DNA of 32,000 nucleotides from Sedimentibacter sp. (GCA_040770765.1 JAXGIL010000001.1:434538-466537), one strand, 5' to 3'; positions 1 to 9,020 are shown, counted from the stretch's first letter. Notes: generated by a model not told the origin, from the sequence alone. Program-made: numbers and translations.

Positions 1-1584
1 CGGGAACCCAGCCGTTTCGTGGGCCCGCAGAGTAAATTTCATCTGTCCTTTTGCCTCGCTGTCAAGCCGGATTGTCCATTCCTTAGCCGTGGTCTTGTCG
101 GAGAGTGGAGTTAGCTTTACATATGCGTTCGCCCACTTTGCCTCCTCACCGTCATAATCTTCTTTGAAGGTTAAGGTGTATTCCGTATTTAACCGGGCAG
201 CCAGCTCTTCATACTTTTTTTCCCGCTGAATGAGAGAATCAAAATATATATCACGGCTCAACGACTGAAACATAACCTGAAGGTAATCGTAAATCTCGGC
301 TTTGAAATTGCTTGAAATTTTTTGACGGTCGCTCTCCGACGGCCACGGATACTTGGCAAGACTGCCGTTCTTTTCATAAGTATCTACCCATGATTCCCAG
401 TCGCTGGCTGCAACCTCCCAGTATTTGTTTACATAGTTGTCGATTTCGCCCTTCATTTTATCAATAGCTGCCTGGGGGGCGGATTGATTGTCTTTGTATA
501 TCTTCTTGAATAAATCGTACCAATCCTTGACGCGGCGACTGTTTTCGGGTCTTGCGTAATAGGCGTCGTACATATTCTTTGTACTTTCATACTTGGTGTT
601 GATGGCAAAGTTCATGACATCGGTAAGGGCGATGTCGATTACTCCGACCCCCACATAAGCCACCTGAAATGAATCCAATAGATATTTTTGTGATGACGCT
701 AAATTCAATGCAAGATTCAATACGGTTTTCATTCCGCTGATTGACGTTTCCTTGCTTGTCAGCCCGTTGCTGTATGCGTCATATGCGAACTGTGTACAGG
801 AGGTTGCGATGCCTAAAACCGTCAATGCATCACCAAAGGGTTCGGTAACCAGCTCGTCATAGGCACCGCCTAAGCTTAAGAGCGTGGGAATGTTTGTTTC
901 AACAAACATTGGAAGCGAGTTGTTCGCATCGAGAAAGGCTGACACAACATCTTCCTGCCAGGAGGCACCCTGTGCGGCGTAGGTATTGAGAAGCTGCTCT
1001 GCCTGCTTTGTCGTCATGTAAACGGCGTAGGCATTGACATCGGAAATGTATTCGTTGCGCTTTCCTTCGTTTTTGATCTTAAATGCGCTATAGGTGGAGA
1101 GGTGGTCAGTAAAAATATGCACCTCGTTGGCTTCGACATCCACTGTATAAAAGACATCTTCCCACTGACCTGTCTGCTCATTGAGGTATTTACCGCAGAC
1201 CGAAAGCAGTTCCTCATCGGTGTTGAGCCCCGAGTCGTCATAGGGTATTGTAAGCTTGACAACTCCCTCCGGCTGGCCGGAAGACAGTTTGAAATCATAG
1301 GCGTAGATATCCACACCCTCGTCAAGGGGAGACGGCGTCACCTTTTGTATAGTTACTTCCTCACCAGCCTCCAGCAGACAACCAAAGTCTATGGCAGCAC
1401 CGACCTCCGACCTTAATGTGGTTTGTCCTTCCTCCACCGTAATGCTTTCGGCTTCCTGCGGACCTGAGGGTTTTTCCTGATTGCCTTTTCCGCAGCCGGT
1501 AAGCCCTGTCATTAAGGACAAGAGCATTGCAGCTACAAGCATGAGAGATAATATTTTTCGTTTCATAATGCAAAATTTACCCAT
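1..1584 (-). CDS. Putative lipoprotein of unknown function; the 3' end lies beyond the left window edge
   Basis: This ORF is not in the supplied track because it has no stop inside the window. I checked every minus-strand codon (plus-strand triplets starting at position 1) and found no tta/cta/tca up to the stop at 1609-1611. It translates as MGKFCIMKRKILSLMLVAAMLLSLMTGLTGCGKGNQ..., a signal peptide with lipobox L-T-G-C. AAGGAG (comp. 1593-1598) sits 8 nt upstream of the ATG at comp. 1584-1582. Alternative in-frame ATGs are at 1566 and 1605. Track ORFs 1014..1325, 1102..1416 and 1361..1573 lie inside this ORF in other frames. Confidence 0.7.
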   Translation of the reverse strand, partial: MGKFCIMKRKILSLMLVAAMLLSLMTGLTGCGKGNQEKPSGPQEAESITVEEGQTTLRSEVGAAIDFGCLLEAGEEVTIQKVTPSPLDEGVDIYAYDFKLSSGQPEGVVKLTIPYDDSGLNTDEELLSVCGKYLNEQTGQWEDVFYTVDVEANEVHIFTDHLSTYSAFKIKNEGKRNEYISDVNAYAVYMTTKQAEQLLNTYAAQGASWQEDVVSAFLDANNSLPMFVETNIPTLLSLGGAYDELVTEPFGDALTVLGIATSCTQFAYDAYSNGLTSKETSISGMKTVLNLALNLASSQKYLLDSFQVAYVGVGVIDIALTDVMNFAINTKYESTKNMYDAYYARPENSRRVKDWYDLFKKIYKDNQSAPQAAIDKMKGEIDNYVNKYWEVAASDWESWVDTYEKNGSLAKYPWPSESDRQKISSNFKAEIYDYLQVMFQSLSRDIYFDSLIQREKKYEELAARLNTEYTLTFKEDYDGEEAKWANAYVKLTPLSDKTTAKEWTIRLDSEAKGQMKFTLRAHETAGFP

Positions 1585-1626
1585 AATATTCACTCCTTCT
1601 TTCATTATTCACTGTCTTTTGGGGCC

Positions 1627-2136
1627 TTACCATCCGGTGATGTCTGCAGTTACACCGGTTTCACGAAACAGCTTTTGTGCAGCATCCAGCACTGCCTGCT
1701 TTTGAGTAATTCCGTGCAACAACTCTACCCGCATGGTATGGGCTGTGTCTCCAAAGGTCAGGTACATCTGTCCCTTATTAATATGGACGGTGTGCAGCCT
1801 CACGCCATGTACCCCATCGAGGCCCCACCGGTAGATTTCGCTACCGATAAGGATACCAAAGGTAGATACTACTATTTCATCGTTATCTTTTTTTTCTTGG
1901 CTGCCCGGCATGGAGATAAGAGCAGATGGCACCGCAATGATGCGATTATCCCAAATGAGTGTGGCATCATAGAGCAGACGGTTCTGCCTAACCAATAACA
2001 GGAGCGAGATAAGGCTAATGGCTCCAAAGGCAAAAACCGCTTCTATCATAAATGTTGCACCAAGCCACACAGCCAAACAAATACTGACTGCGAGCATTAA
2101 GACATATCCATTGCGTCGTTTGCGGATTAATTTCAT
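1627..2136 (-). CDS. Small membrane protein with two N-terminal TM helices and a soluble C-terminal domain; function unknown
   Basis: Track ORF 1627..2280, trimmed to M49 (MKLIRKRRNGYVLMLAVSICLAVWLGATFMIEAVFAFGAISLISLLLLV...). AGGAGG (comp. 2147-2152) lies 10 nt upstream of the ATG at 2136. The longer form would read through the palindrome and T-run at 2213-2244. The stop is 42 nt upstream of the lipoprotein start, so an operon is likely. Confidence 0.55.
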   Translation of the reverse strand: MKLIRKRRNGYVLMLAVSICLAVWLGATFMIEAVFAFGAISLISLLLLVRQNRLLYDATLIWDNRIIAVPSALISMPGSQEKKDNDEIVVSTFGILIGSEIYRWGLDGVHGVRLHTVHINKGQMYLTFGDTAHTMRVELLHGITQKQAVLDAAQKLFRETGVTADITGW

Positions 2137-2187
2137 TTGCACCATACCTCCTTCTGCATAAATTTTAGCGAAAAAATCTATGAGTGG

Positions 2188-2244
2188 CATCGTTCGAAAG
2201 GATGAATCTGCATAAAAAAGCCTCTCATACTTTAGTATGAGAGG
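2188..2244 (-). promoter_or_regulatory. Copy A of a conserved palindrome-containing element: candidate LuxR-type operator, also readable as a rho-independent terminator of the LuxR gene
   Basis: The minus strand reads CCTCTCATACTAAAGTATGAGAGG CTTTTTT ATGCAG ATTCATCCTTT CGAA CGATG. There is a perfect 11-bp-arm palindrome at 2221-2244 followed by a T-run at 2214-2219. It starts 25 nt after the LuxR stop and its centre is about 96 nt upstream of the ATG at 2136. It shares a 19-nt core, CTTTTTT and ATTCATCCTTT with copy B at 3904-3953. Confidence 0.5.
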
Positions 2245-2269
2245 CCGGTTAACCTTGTATTCAGGTGGC

Positions 2270-3691
2270 TTATGTATCATTCACCCTTTGATTCTTCAGG
2301 AGGGTGCTGATGAGTTCTGATCGACTGCCTACATCATATTTTGAAAAAATGTTCCTTGTATGTGTTTTTACAGTACTCTCACTGATAAACAAAGCCTCGG
2401 CAATTTCACGGTTGGATTTGCCTGAAAGTATTAGCTGCAATACCTCCTGCTCCCGGACGGTCAGGGGGTCAAGAGTTTTAATTTGACGAACTATATCCGT
2501 TTGCTGCGACTGACTCATATTGTCATAAACGGCAAGGTAGACATGGCTTTTAAGAAGTAAAACAAGCTGACGGTTCAGGGGCGGCAGCATGACCAGTGTG
2601 ACGCAAACCACAGTGAGGGCTATCACCGTAACCTCCGCGCCTGAAAGCCCAATAGATGTTACGGCCATGCCCAAGACGCCCCCGCAAAGGACGCCGAATA
2701 CATTGGCAGAAAGCCCAATGCCAAAGATTTGTGCCGGATTGTCACTATAATCCAGCATTTCACCAAGGATGCTCCACCAAAACAGGTCAAAAATTCCACA
2801 AGCACCCAGCATAAGCGTATCCACAATCAGATAATCGGTAGTGTTTCGCTTTAGCAGCATAAAGGAGATAAAGGCTCCTATAATCATTGCCATTCCGATA
2901 TACAAAATTTTGGAATGCTTTGCTTCTTTCATAGGCAGGTTGCGCATTATAGCAAGGGCCACTATGTAAGGCACAGCCCAATACCAGCTCACCAGCCCCG
3001 TCAGATGGTCAAAGGCAGGGTTGATGACCTGATACATCAGTCCGGAATTAATTGTGATGATAAAGACAAAAAGACAAAGCAGTATAATCGGATTTTTAAT
3101 ACTGCCGTAAGTCTTGTTTTTTGATGTTTTGTTCTGCTCATTCTCCTGGTCTGCCGGCAGCATCCAAATGAAGGCCATACCGATTACAAGGCAGAGTATA
3201 GCAAGACTTAGGCCGATGAAGGTTGACCTGTTCACAGCAACCACATTGACTCCAATCATCAGCAGATTGGAATAAATCAGAACGTCGGCACAGGATTTAA
3301 TCCGCCTGTTCTCGGGAGTAAAGGCCTTAAGGAAAAATCCCCATACCGCCACCGAACAGCCGCTAAAATATCCGCTGATAATCAGTCCGCCCAGCCATAG
3401 AGATGAGGGAGCAAAAAAGAAGGGGAGAGTAGCGGCTAAGCATAAGCCCATACCGGCGAGCATCATGTTCTTGGCAGCCGCCTGGGATTTGATAAACAGG
3501 CCACAGGTAAAAAGCCCCGCAAAATGTGCGATAATTGCAACCAGTATATAAGTGTCTGCATCTGCTCCATGCATATCCAGCAGGCTATACAAAACCTGTC
3601 CCTCGAACTGGAAGGACAGAATGTAAGTAAATAGAAATGAAAATCCGGCAACAGAAAGCCTGCGGGAATTTAACAATTTATGTCTGTTCAT
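2270..3691 (-). CDS. Polytopic-membrane transcriptional regulator with a C-terminal LuxR/GerE-type HTH
   Basis: 473 aa. About 380 hydrophobic N-terminal residues form many predicted TM helices. The C-terminus is LTVREQEVLQLILSGKSNREIAEALFISESTVKTHTRNIFSKYDVGSRSELISTLL, a classic GerE/LuxR HTH pattern (PF00196, from memory). GGAGGG lies upstream of the ATG at 3691. Confidence 0.85.
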   Translation of the reverse strand: MNRHKLLNSRRLSVAGFSFLFTYILSFQFEGQVLYSLLDMHGADADTYILVAIIAHFAGLFTCGLFIKSQAAAKNMMLAGMGLCLAATLPFFFAPSSLWLGGLIISGYFSGCSVAVWGFFLKAFTPENRRIKSCADVLIYSNLLMIGVNVVAVNRSTFIGLSLAILCLVIGMAFIWMLPADQENEQNKTSKNKTYGSIKNPIILLCLFVFIITINSGLMYQVINPAFDHLTGLVSWYWAVPYIVALAIMRNLPMKEAKHSKILYIGMAMIIGAFISFMLLKRNTTDYLIVDTLMLGACGIFDLFWWSILGEMLDYSDNPAQIFGIGLSANVFGVLCGGVLGMAVTSIGLSGAEVTVIALTVVCVTLVMLPPLNRQLVLLLKSHVYLAVYDNMSQSQQTDIVRQIKTLDPLTVREQEVLQLILSGKSNREIAEALFISESTVKTHTRNIFSKYDVGSRSELISTLLKNQRVNDT

Positions 3692-3903
3692 TTTATACCC
3701 TCCGGCATTAATACGACATACTTTACATGGAGCGATATGCTCACCTTGATGTCTATAATATAATTTTAGTCTGTTCTTGGAAACAAGTCAATATAAACAA
3801 CAATAAACACCAATTCACAGCCTGAGAATACTAAAATAAACGAATATTATGCCTACAAGATGGAATTTATGAAACCCCTGAAATACACAGATTAACTGAC
3901 TTA

Positions 3904-3953
3904 TCATACTAAAGTATGAGAGTCTTTTTTGTAATTCATCCTTTTGGTCGATG
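3904..3953 (+). promoter_or_regulatory. Copy B of the conserved palindrome-containing element, upstream of the 4024 operon
   Basis: The plus strand reads TCATACTAAAGTATGAGAG T CTTTTTT GTA ATTCATCCTTT TGGT CGATG. The 7-bp-arm palindrome TCATACT-AA-AGTATGA is at 3904-3919. No plus-strand gene ends upstream of it, so a terminator role is unlikely here. It ends 5 nt before the -35 TTGACA. Confidence 0.5.
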
Positions 3954-3958
3954 TTTTT

Positions 3959-3987
3959 TTGACAAGATTCAATAAAATTAATAGTAT
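3959..3987 (+). promoter_or_regulatory. Sigma-70-type promoter for the 4024-8998 operon
   Basis: TTGACA (3959-3964), a 17-nt spacer, then TAGTAT (3982-3987). It lies 36 nt upstream of the ATG at 4024, with AAGGAG in between. Confidence 0.45.
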
Positions 3988-4023
3988 AGGATTTTTAGCT
4001 TTTTGCCGTAAAGGAGACCAACT

Positions 4024-4392
4024 ATGAAAACTAAGCTAAAAAGAATACTAGTCCAGATAAGCTCTTTACTTATGTTAGTCTGTGCCCTCCCAATGATGCT
4101 ATGGTGCTTGAACCTGATAAACAATGCAGCCTTGGATTATGAATATGCAGGAGCAGGCTGCTTTGGAGCGGCTATGGTATATGCTTTTTCTATGGTCACA
4201 GGGATTGCGGGACTTAGCTTTTCGAAAAAAACTTATCGATATGGCTGGTGCCGTAAACTGGCATATATTCAAACAGCTGTTGGTATAGTTCTTATTATTC
4301 CCCTTCAATCTTACGCAATTCTCGCATTGCCGCCGCTGTTTATTTTAACCATATTTTATCTGCTGGCTTTAGGGCGGCAGGAAGATTATTAA
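4024..4392 (+). CDS. Small 4-TM membrane protein, function unknown
   Basis: 122 aa with four hydrophobic stretches (ILVQISSLLMLVCALPMMLWCL; GCFGAAMVYAFSMVTGIAGLSF; LAYIQTAVGIVLIIPL; LALPPLFILTIFYLLAL). AAGGAG lies 7 nt upstream of the start. Confidence 0.65.
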   Translation: MKTKLKRILVQISSLLMLVCALPMMLWCLNLINNAALDYEYAGAGCFGAAMVYAFSMVTGIAGLSFSKKTYRYGWCRKLAYIQTAVGIVLIIPLQSYAILALPPLFILTIFYLLALGRQEDY

Positions 4393-4412
4393 ATATTTAT
4401 AGGAGGATATCT

Positions 4413-4772
4413 ATGAAAAAATTTAATTCACTGCTTGATGCTGCAAGGTTTGCAGCAACCATATCCGAAAACTGGCACTTTGCAAATTCGGAGGAGACAT
4501 ACATAAAAGAAACCTTATTGACTTTAGCTAAAATCAGTGACTCTGAAGACCCAATCGATGAGGACAGCTTCTATCTTGTTTCTCCAAGTGGAGCCATAGG
4601 TTTATGCCCTGATGGTGAGGATATAGACTGGCTGTTTTTGGTGGGCCCGGATGATGAAGACCTGCCATCCACCTATACCGAGTCACCTGAACTAAACTTT
4701 TGTCCCAAGTGTGGATATGCAATCGTTTCCGGAGCTAATTTCTGTGACGAATGCGGAGAACGTCTGTATTAA
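4413..4772 (+). CDS. Acidic cytoplasmic protein with a C-terminal zinc ribbon
   Basis: 119 aa ending CPKCGYAIVSGANFCDECGERLY (CxxC-N10-CxxC). A perfect AGGAGG lies upstream, and the start is 20 nt after the previous stop. Confidence 0.65.
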   Translation: MKKFNSLLDAARFAATISENWHFANSEETYIKETLLTLAKISDSEDPIDEDSFYLVSPSGAIGLCPDGEDIDWLFLVGPDDEDLPSTYTESPELNFCPKCGYAIVSGANFCDECGERLY

Positions 4773-4805
4773 TGAAAAAAAATCAATTAATAAGGGGGGG
4801 AAAGT

Positions 4806-5411
4806 ATGGCAAATAAATGTATGAATTGTAAGGCAGACCTCCGGGAGGGTGCCAAATTCTGTCAAGCATGCGGCACCAAGGTCCCATTAAAGCAAAAATC
4901 TAAAATAACACAAGCAAAATTCTGTATTAAATGCGGGGCTCCTTTAAAAAAGGGGGCTAAATTCTGCACGAAATGCGGAGCGGAGACAGTGAAGAAAAAG
5001 ACAGCCGACCTGAATATTTACGTGGATGAACCTGTGATTTCCGTCTCTGTAAGCGACCAGCCGCCGGTAGAAGACATAAAGGAAAAGCCGCCCACAGTAG
5101 AAATAATTGACCAAGCCCGGGAAGGCAAAAAAATAAGACAAAGGCCTCCAAAGCAGATTCCACAGGCTAATAAAAACTATAGGGATACAGATGTAGAAAT
5201 AGACAAGAGTTCAAAGGAAACAAAAAATTATGTGGAAGATAAGATTAAAAAGCAAGCGGCAAACTTGGGAAAAAAGGCTCTCACAAACCTGCTCAATCAG
5301 ACTCTTTCAGCATCAGACACAGCAGGAGAAATGCGAATTCCCATGAATGACGCCCAGAAATCCTGCTTGACAGATGTAATTAGTGAACTGACTAAAATGT
5401 TGGGGAGGTGA
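4806..5411 (+). CDS. Double zinc-ribbon protein with a K/E/P-rich, probably disordered, tail
   Basis: 201 aa. Two consecutive ribbons are present: CMNCKADLREGAKFCQACG and CIKCGAPLKKGAKFCTKCG. GGGGGG/AAG lies upstream of the start. The stop TGA (5409-5411) sits inside the Shine-Dalgarno region of the next gene. Confidence 0.7.
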   Translation: MANKCMNCKADLREGAKFCQACGTKVPLKQKSKITQAKFCIKCGAPLKKGAKFCTKCGAETVKKKTADLNIYVDEPVISVSVSDQPPVEDIKEKPPTVEIIDQAREGKKIRQRPPKQIPQANKNYRDTDVEIDKSSKETKNYVEDKIKKQAANLGKKALTNLLNQTLSASDTAGEMRIPMNDAQKSCLTDVISELTKMLGR

Positions 5412-5416
5412 AGGGA

Positions 5417-8400
5417 ATGAAAAGGAATAGTCTTATTTTTACTCTGATGTTTGTATTGATTATTTCAACATTATTTTACCCTAAAAAGGCAATGGCATTA
5501 GTTTTGAATGATTATCCTAACCTTGAGTCTGCAACGATTAGATTTTCTTTTATTACTGCCGGGTATAAAGCAGCTCTTGATGATGATGGTGCCCACAATG
5601 AATTAGACTACTTAACATTGAGAATGGGAGAACCTGTAAAATACACCTTCAATAATTTTATTACAGACAAAGAAGATCATCGTAGTCCACAGAGAACAAT
5701 TACCGGTTGGATTACCTTTGAATTAAACTATGACGAAAACGGAGCTCCTTGTATTTTTTATGAGTTAGATTTGTACACAGAAGGACTAGCTATTGATGGA
5801 ACGCTTGGTACTCGTAATTTATATAAATCCTATAGCAAGATGGAGCCTACAACAGGGATTAGAAACAAAGATATTACAGATACGTTTCATGCGTATAGTG
5901 GTAATGCTAGTTTTATTATAGATGACCTCGAATACAGTGGGTTCTACTTTAATGTAGAAGTCATAGACATTGACGGTGAAGGAATAGGTTCCAAGGAAGT
6001 AACCACCCAAGCCGATGAAGACTCCGGCGAAACAGGAATCCTCATTCCTGCAGCCATTGCAACTGTTGTCATCGGAGGAGGAGTAGGAGTCCTTCGGAAC
6101 AGAAAAAAAGGAAAAAATAGAGATCAATCTAAACAGGAAGAAGCTGAGGAAGAAGACCAGGAGGAAAATTCAAACCGCTACGAGATGCGTATCAGAAAGG
6201 ACTTCGGAAACACTATTTCAGTGGGCAGCACCCTTACCATATATGCCCGCATAGTTGAAATCACTCCGGAGGGGGCGGAAAACTCCCGCAATGATTTGAC
6301 CGGTAAGATCAGCATAAGTTCTCCTGAATATCTTAAAGTAAGCGGTCAGACCATGGCAGGCGAGTACAAAGCTGCTTATGTAGAAGCTCCGGCTACAGGA
6401 GGAATTATCCCTTCCGAGGCCAAGGTATCCTTCCGGTTTGCAGGATCTGGCAGCAGCTTTACAAACCATGTGGTATTCCAAATCGTAGAGGAAAAAATTG
6501 TATTCGGCCAGAAAAATCTTACCCTGCCTGCCTGCTATGAAAAGACCGAGCGTCTGCCCTTTGCAGTCTTTGGTATGGGAGACAATGCGGAGGTCACTGC
6601 AGAAATAATCAGGGATGACGGTTACAGCGTGGAGGTTGAACCTGGAGAAGAAAAGGGACTTTACTATGCTCTCATAACAGAAAAGAAAAAAACCGGAGGA
6701 CAAGCCGGAGACTATGATCCATATAGCTTGGAAGTTAAGGCGGTCAGCGGGGAGAGAAGTGTAACCGGAAACCTTCCCATCTATAGATACCACATGGGAC
6801 TTAGGCTTGATTTGGATTCAATCGGTTGCTATGTAGAGAGCTATGACCCGCTCAACCATCACAACATCAAATTTCGCTTTGAGGTAGATGGTAAACAGTA
6901 CGTTCCGGCAGAATCTAAGGCGACTTTAACATTCTTCAACTGGGATCCTGATACCCATAGTATAATCCGAATTGCGCCTGCAAACTTTGATTATAAAATT
7001 CAGGCTCTTAATGATGAGGACCAGACCCTATTAGAAAAACTGGCAATCCAATGTCAGGTTAACGACCGAATTCCAAGTGGAGGACGCGCTTTAATTTTCC
7101 GCTGTTGTAAAGGAGCTCTGGACACACCGAGCCGTATTAAGGCTAAAGTGACTCTAACCATGATCCGGGGAGATGAAAAATACCCAGTAGAAAAAGAAGT
7201 GTTACTTTGCTCTCAACCACCGCGCAAGTCAAAAGGCATGGAAGATGCCATGGCCATGCTGAAATCAGACCATTTTATCACAGAACAGCTTCGACGTATC
7301 AAGAGTAAAATTTGGGAACTTAACTACTTGCACAGGCTATTCCCTCTGGACAAATTCATTGATGTTATGCTAAAGGGCTATCACGAAGCCTACGGCTATG
7401 ATGCCAAACAGTATGAATTAGTAAAGCAGACCTGGGGTGGTTTTTTACAAGGAACAGTAACAGGTGCTTATGCTGATGTCAAGCCTGTAACCTTAGGGGA
7501 TGAAATGAAACTCTTTGTGGAAAGCTATCTGCAAACGGCGGAATCGGTAGAGAACTCTTTGGGCTTCATGGGACGTATGGCTCTTGGTGTTGCTACCTTA
7601 GGCTGCTCAGACGTAGTGTTCACCTCCTTAGAGGTAGTCCGTGAAATGAAGGATTATGCGGAAAAAGGCGGCGACAGCGTTCTGGACGCGTTCATTGTAG
7701 GCGCCAAGATAGTTACTATTGAATACCTTTCAGACTATGCCATGGATGCCGGACTTGATAAACTGAAAAAGGTTGCTTCAAACTCTGATGTTAAGCAGGC
7801 AGTAAAAGAAATGAAAGAAGATGCGGCAGAAAGCGTACAGATATTCAAAACAGCAATTACAGGCAAGAATACACGGGCTGCCATTACAGATTCTGTCCAG
7901 GCAGGAAAGGCAGCAGCAGTAAAAGCAGACCTCCTTATAGAGACAGGCAGGAAGGGAATCAGGAAAACAACAGACCAAATTGAACTGGACGAAGCTTTAT
8001 TGGAGGGCAGAAGGTTTGCAAAAGAACAGGTGGAAAATCTTCAGGCTGCAGCATGGCAGTTTGAGTTGAATCCCACAGCAGCCAACCGTAAACTTATGAA
8101 TGAGATGGCTGTTAAGGTACAGGAAAACAAACTGGCAATGTACGCACTCCAGGACTATGCCGACGAGAGCTTGGATTCAGCCAGGAAATCCTTTAATGAG
8201 ACCTTGGCTTCCTTCTATGGAAGTGCCGACAGCATAGCCAAAGACAAATTGTCATCCATCACAGGCATACCTGCTGACAGAATACAAATTCTCAATGCCA
8301 GTTCTTCATCACAGGAACTGATGAGGCGTGGAAAGAAAACCACCATAGATAGAGACTGGACTGCCTATTATGTGAATTCCAAGGGTGAAAATGTATATTT

Positions 8401-8998
8401 CAACCAGAGTATGACAGAACAAATTTACAACGACAGTTTTTTTGAAGCCTCCCAGGGCTTCAAAAACAAAGATGCAGATTTTTCAACGCGCTATGCCCAA
8501 AGTACAGACCAGACTGTAATTGAGGATGTTATGGGTCATAGGGAAAGCTATGGCAAGGACCTTGATAAGATGCTTGATAAAAAGCTCCACCATGTGGCTT
8601 TGGATAATCCCGACAAGGTTGCAGCCACTGTTTCCGAAAAGGGCAAGGAGTGGTTCCAAAGGGGTGATGAACTCATGGCAAAAGCAAGTGAAGTTGCCGA
8701 CCCTTCTAAAAGACAGCTTATTCTGGCTGACGCTATAAGTCAAAAAATGGAGGGCAACCGCCAGCTTGTAAAACAGTTTGACAATTGCATCAATCCGAGG
8801 GATGTAGCAAGAAGAAGCGGTGCTGAGGCCAGCAAAATACCTGAAAGGCTTAGGGTTGCCGTAGAGATGTGCCGTAAACAGTTAGAGAAGGACAGCAACA
8901 TCCCCTTTACTGACCTGGAAAACAGCCTTCAAGCTTTAGGGTTTACACCGGATAGCCTTGCCGACTCCCTTGGCCAAGTTATACGGCAAATAGGGTGA
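5417..8998 (+). CDS. Large (1193 aa) membrane protein: signal/anchor, ~180-aa outside domain, one TM helix, ~950-aa cytoplasmic region; function unknown
   Basis: Track ORF 5408..8998, trimmed to the ATG at 5417 with GGGGAGGTG 6 nt upstream. The N-terminus is MKRNSLIFTLMFVLIISTLFYPKKAMA. The TM helix GILIPAAIATVVIGGGVGVL is followed by RNRKKGKNRDQSKQEEAEEEDQEE, which fits the positive-inside rule. The rest looks like beta-rich modules followed by a long helical region. I recognised no catalytic motif. Confidence 0.75.
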   Translation: MKRNSLIFTLMFVLIISTLFYPKKAMALVLNDYPNLESATIRFSFITAGYKAALDDDGAHNELDYLTLRMGEPVKYTFNNFITDKEDHRSPQRTITGWITFELNYDENGAPCIFYELDLYTEGLAIDGTLGTRNLYKSYSKMEPTTGIRNKDITDTFHAYSGNASFIIDDLEYSGFYFNVEVIDIDGEGIGSKEVTTQADEDSGETGILIPAAIATVVIGGGVGVLRNRKKGKNRDQSKQEEAEEEDQEENSNRYEMRIRKDFGNTISVGSTLTIYARIVEITPEGAENSRNDLTGKISISSPEYLKVSGQTMAGEYKAAYVEAPATGGIIPSEAKVSFRFAGSGSSFTNHVVFQIVEEKIVFGQKNLTLPACYEKTERLPFAVFGMGDNAEVTAEIIRDDGYSVEVEPGEEKGLYYALITEKKKTGGQAGDYDPYSLEVKAVSGERSVTGNLPIYRYHMGLRLDLDSIGCYVESYDPLNHHNIKFRFEVDGKQYVPAESKATLTFFNWDPDTHSIIRIAPANFDYKIQALNDEDQTLLEKLAIQCQVNDRIPSGGRALIFRCCKGALDTPSRIKAKVTLTMIRGDEKYPVEKEVLLCSQPPRKSKGMEDAMAMLKSDHFITEQLRRIKSKIWELNYLHRLFPLDKFIDVMLKGYHEAYGYDAKQYELVKQTWGGFLQGTVTGAYADVKPVTLGDEMKLFVESYLQTAESVENSLGFMGRMALGVATLGCSDVVFTSLEVVREMKDYAEKGGDSVLDAFIVGAKIVTIEYLSDYAMDAGLDKLKKVASNSDVKQAVKEMKEDAAESVQIFKTAITGKNTRAAITDSVQAGKAAAVKADLLIETGRKGIRKTTDQIELDEALLEGRRFAKEQVENLQAAAWQFELNPTAANRKLMNEMAVKVQENKLAMYALQDYADESLDSARKSFNETLASFYGSADSIAKDKLSSITGIPADRIQILNASSSSQELMRRGKKTTIDRDWTAYYVNSKGENVYFNQSMTEQIYNDSFFEASQGFKNKDADFSTRYAQSTDQTVIEDVMGHRESYGKDLDKMLDKKLHHVALDNPDKVAATVSEKGKEWFQRGDELMAKASEVADPSKRQLILADAISQKMEGNRQLVKQFDNCINPRDVARRSGAEASKIPERLRVAVEMCRKQLEKDSNIPFTDLENSLQALGFTPDSLADSLGQVIRQIG

Positions 8999-9020
8999 TG
9001 CGTGAAGTCATGAGCTGTAA

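Noticed and set aside
1014-1573. Track ORFs 1014..1325 (-), 1102..1416 (+) and 1361..1573 (-)
   Set aside because: All three lie inside the 528-codon edge-truncated lipoprotein ORF (1..1584, minus strand), in other frames or on the other strand. None has an SD, and their products are Cys/Arg-rich with no recognisable sequence.
2137-2280. N-terminal 48 codons of track ORF 1627..2280
   Set aside because: The extension would translate through the 24-bp palindrome and T-run. AGGAGG is correctly spaced for the internal ATG at 2136 instead.
5408-5416. GTG start at 5408 for the large protein
   Set aside because: The GTG is part of the GGGGAGGTG Shine-Dalgarno sequence. The ATG at 5417 is 6 nt downstream of that sequence and begins a normal signal peptide.
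5819-8743. Antisense or off-frame ORFs inside the 1193-aa gene (5819..6127, 6218..6793, 7778..7978, 8483..8743, 8520..8738)
   Set aside because: They are shadow ORFs of a long coding region. They have no SD and a Cys/Phe-rich, unnatural composition.
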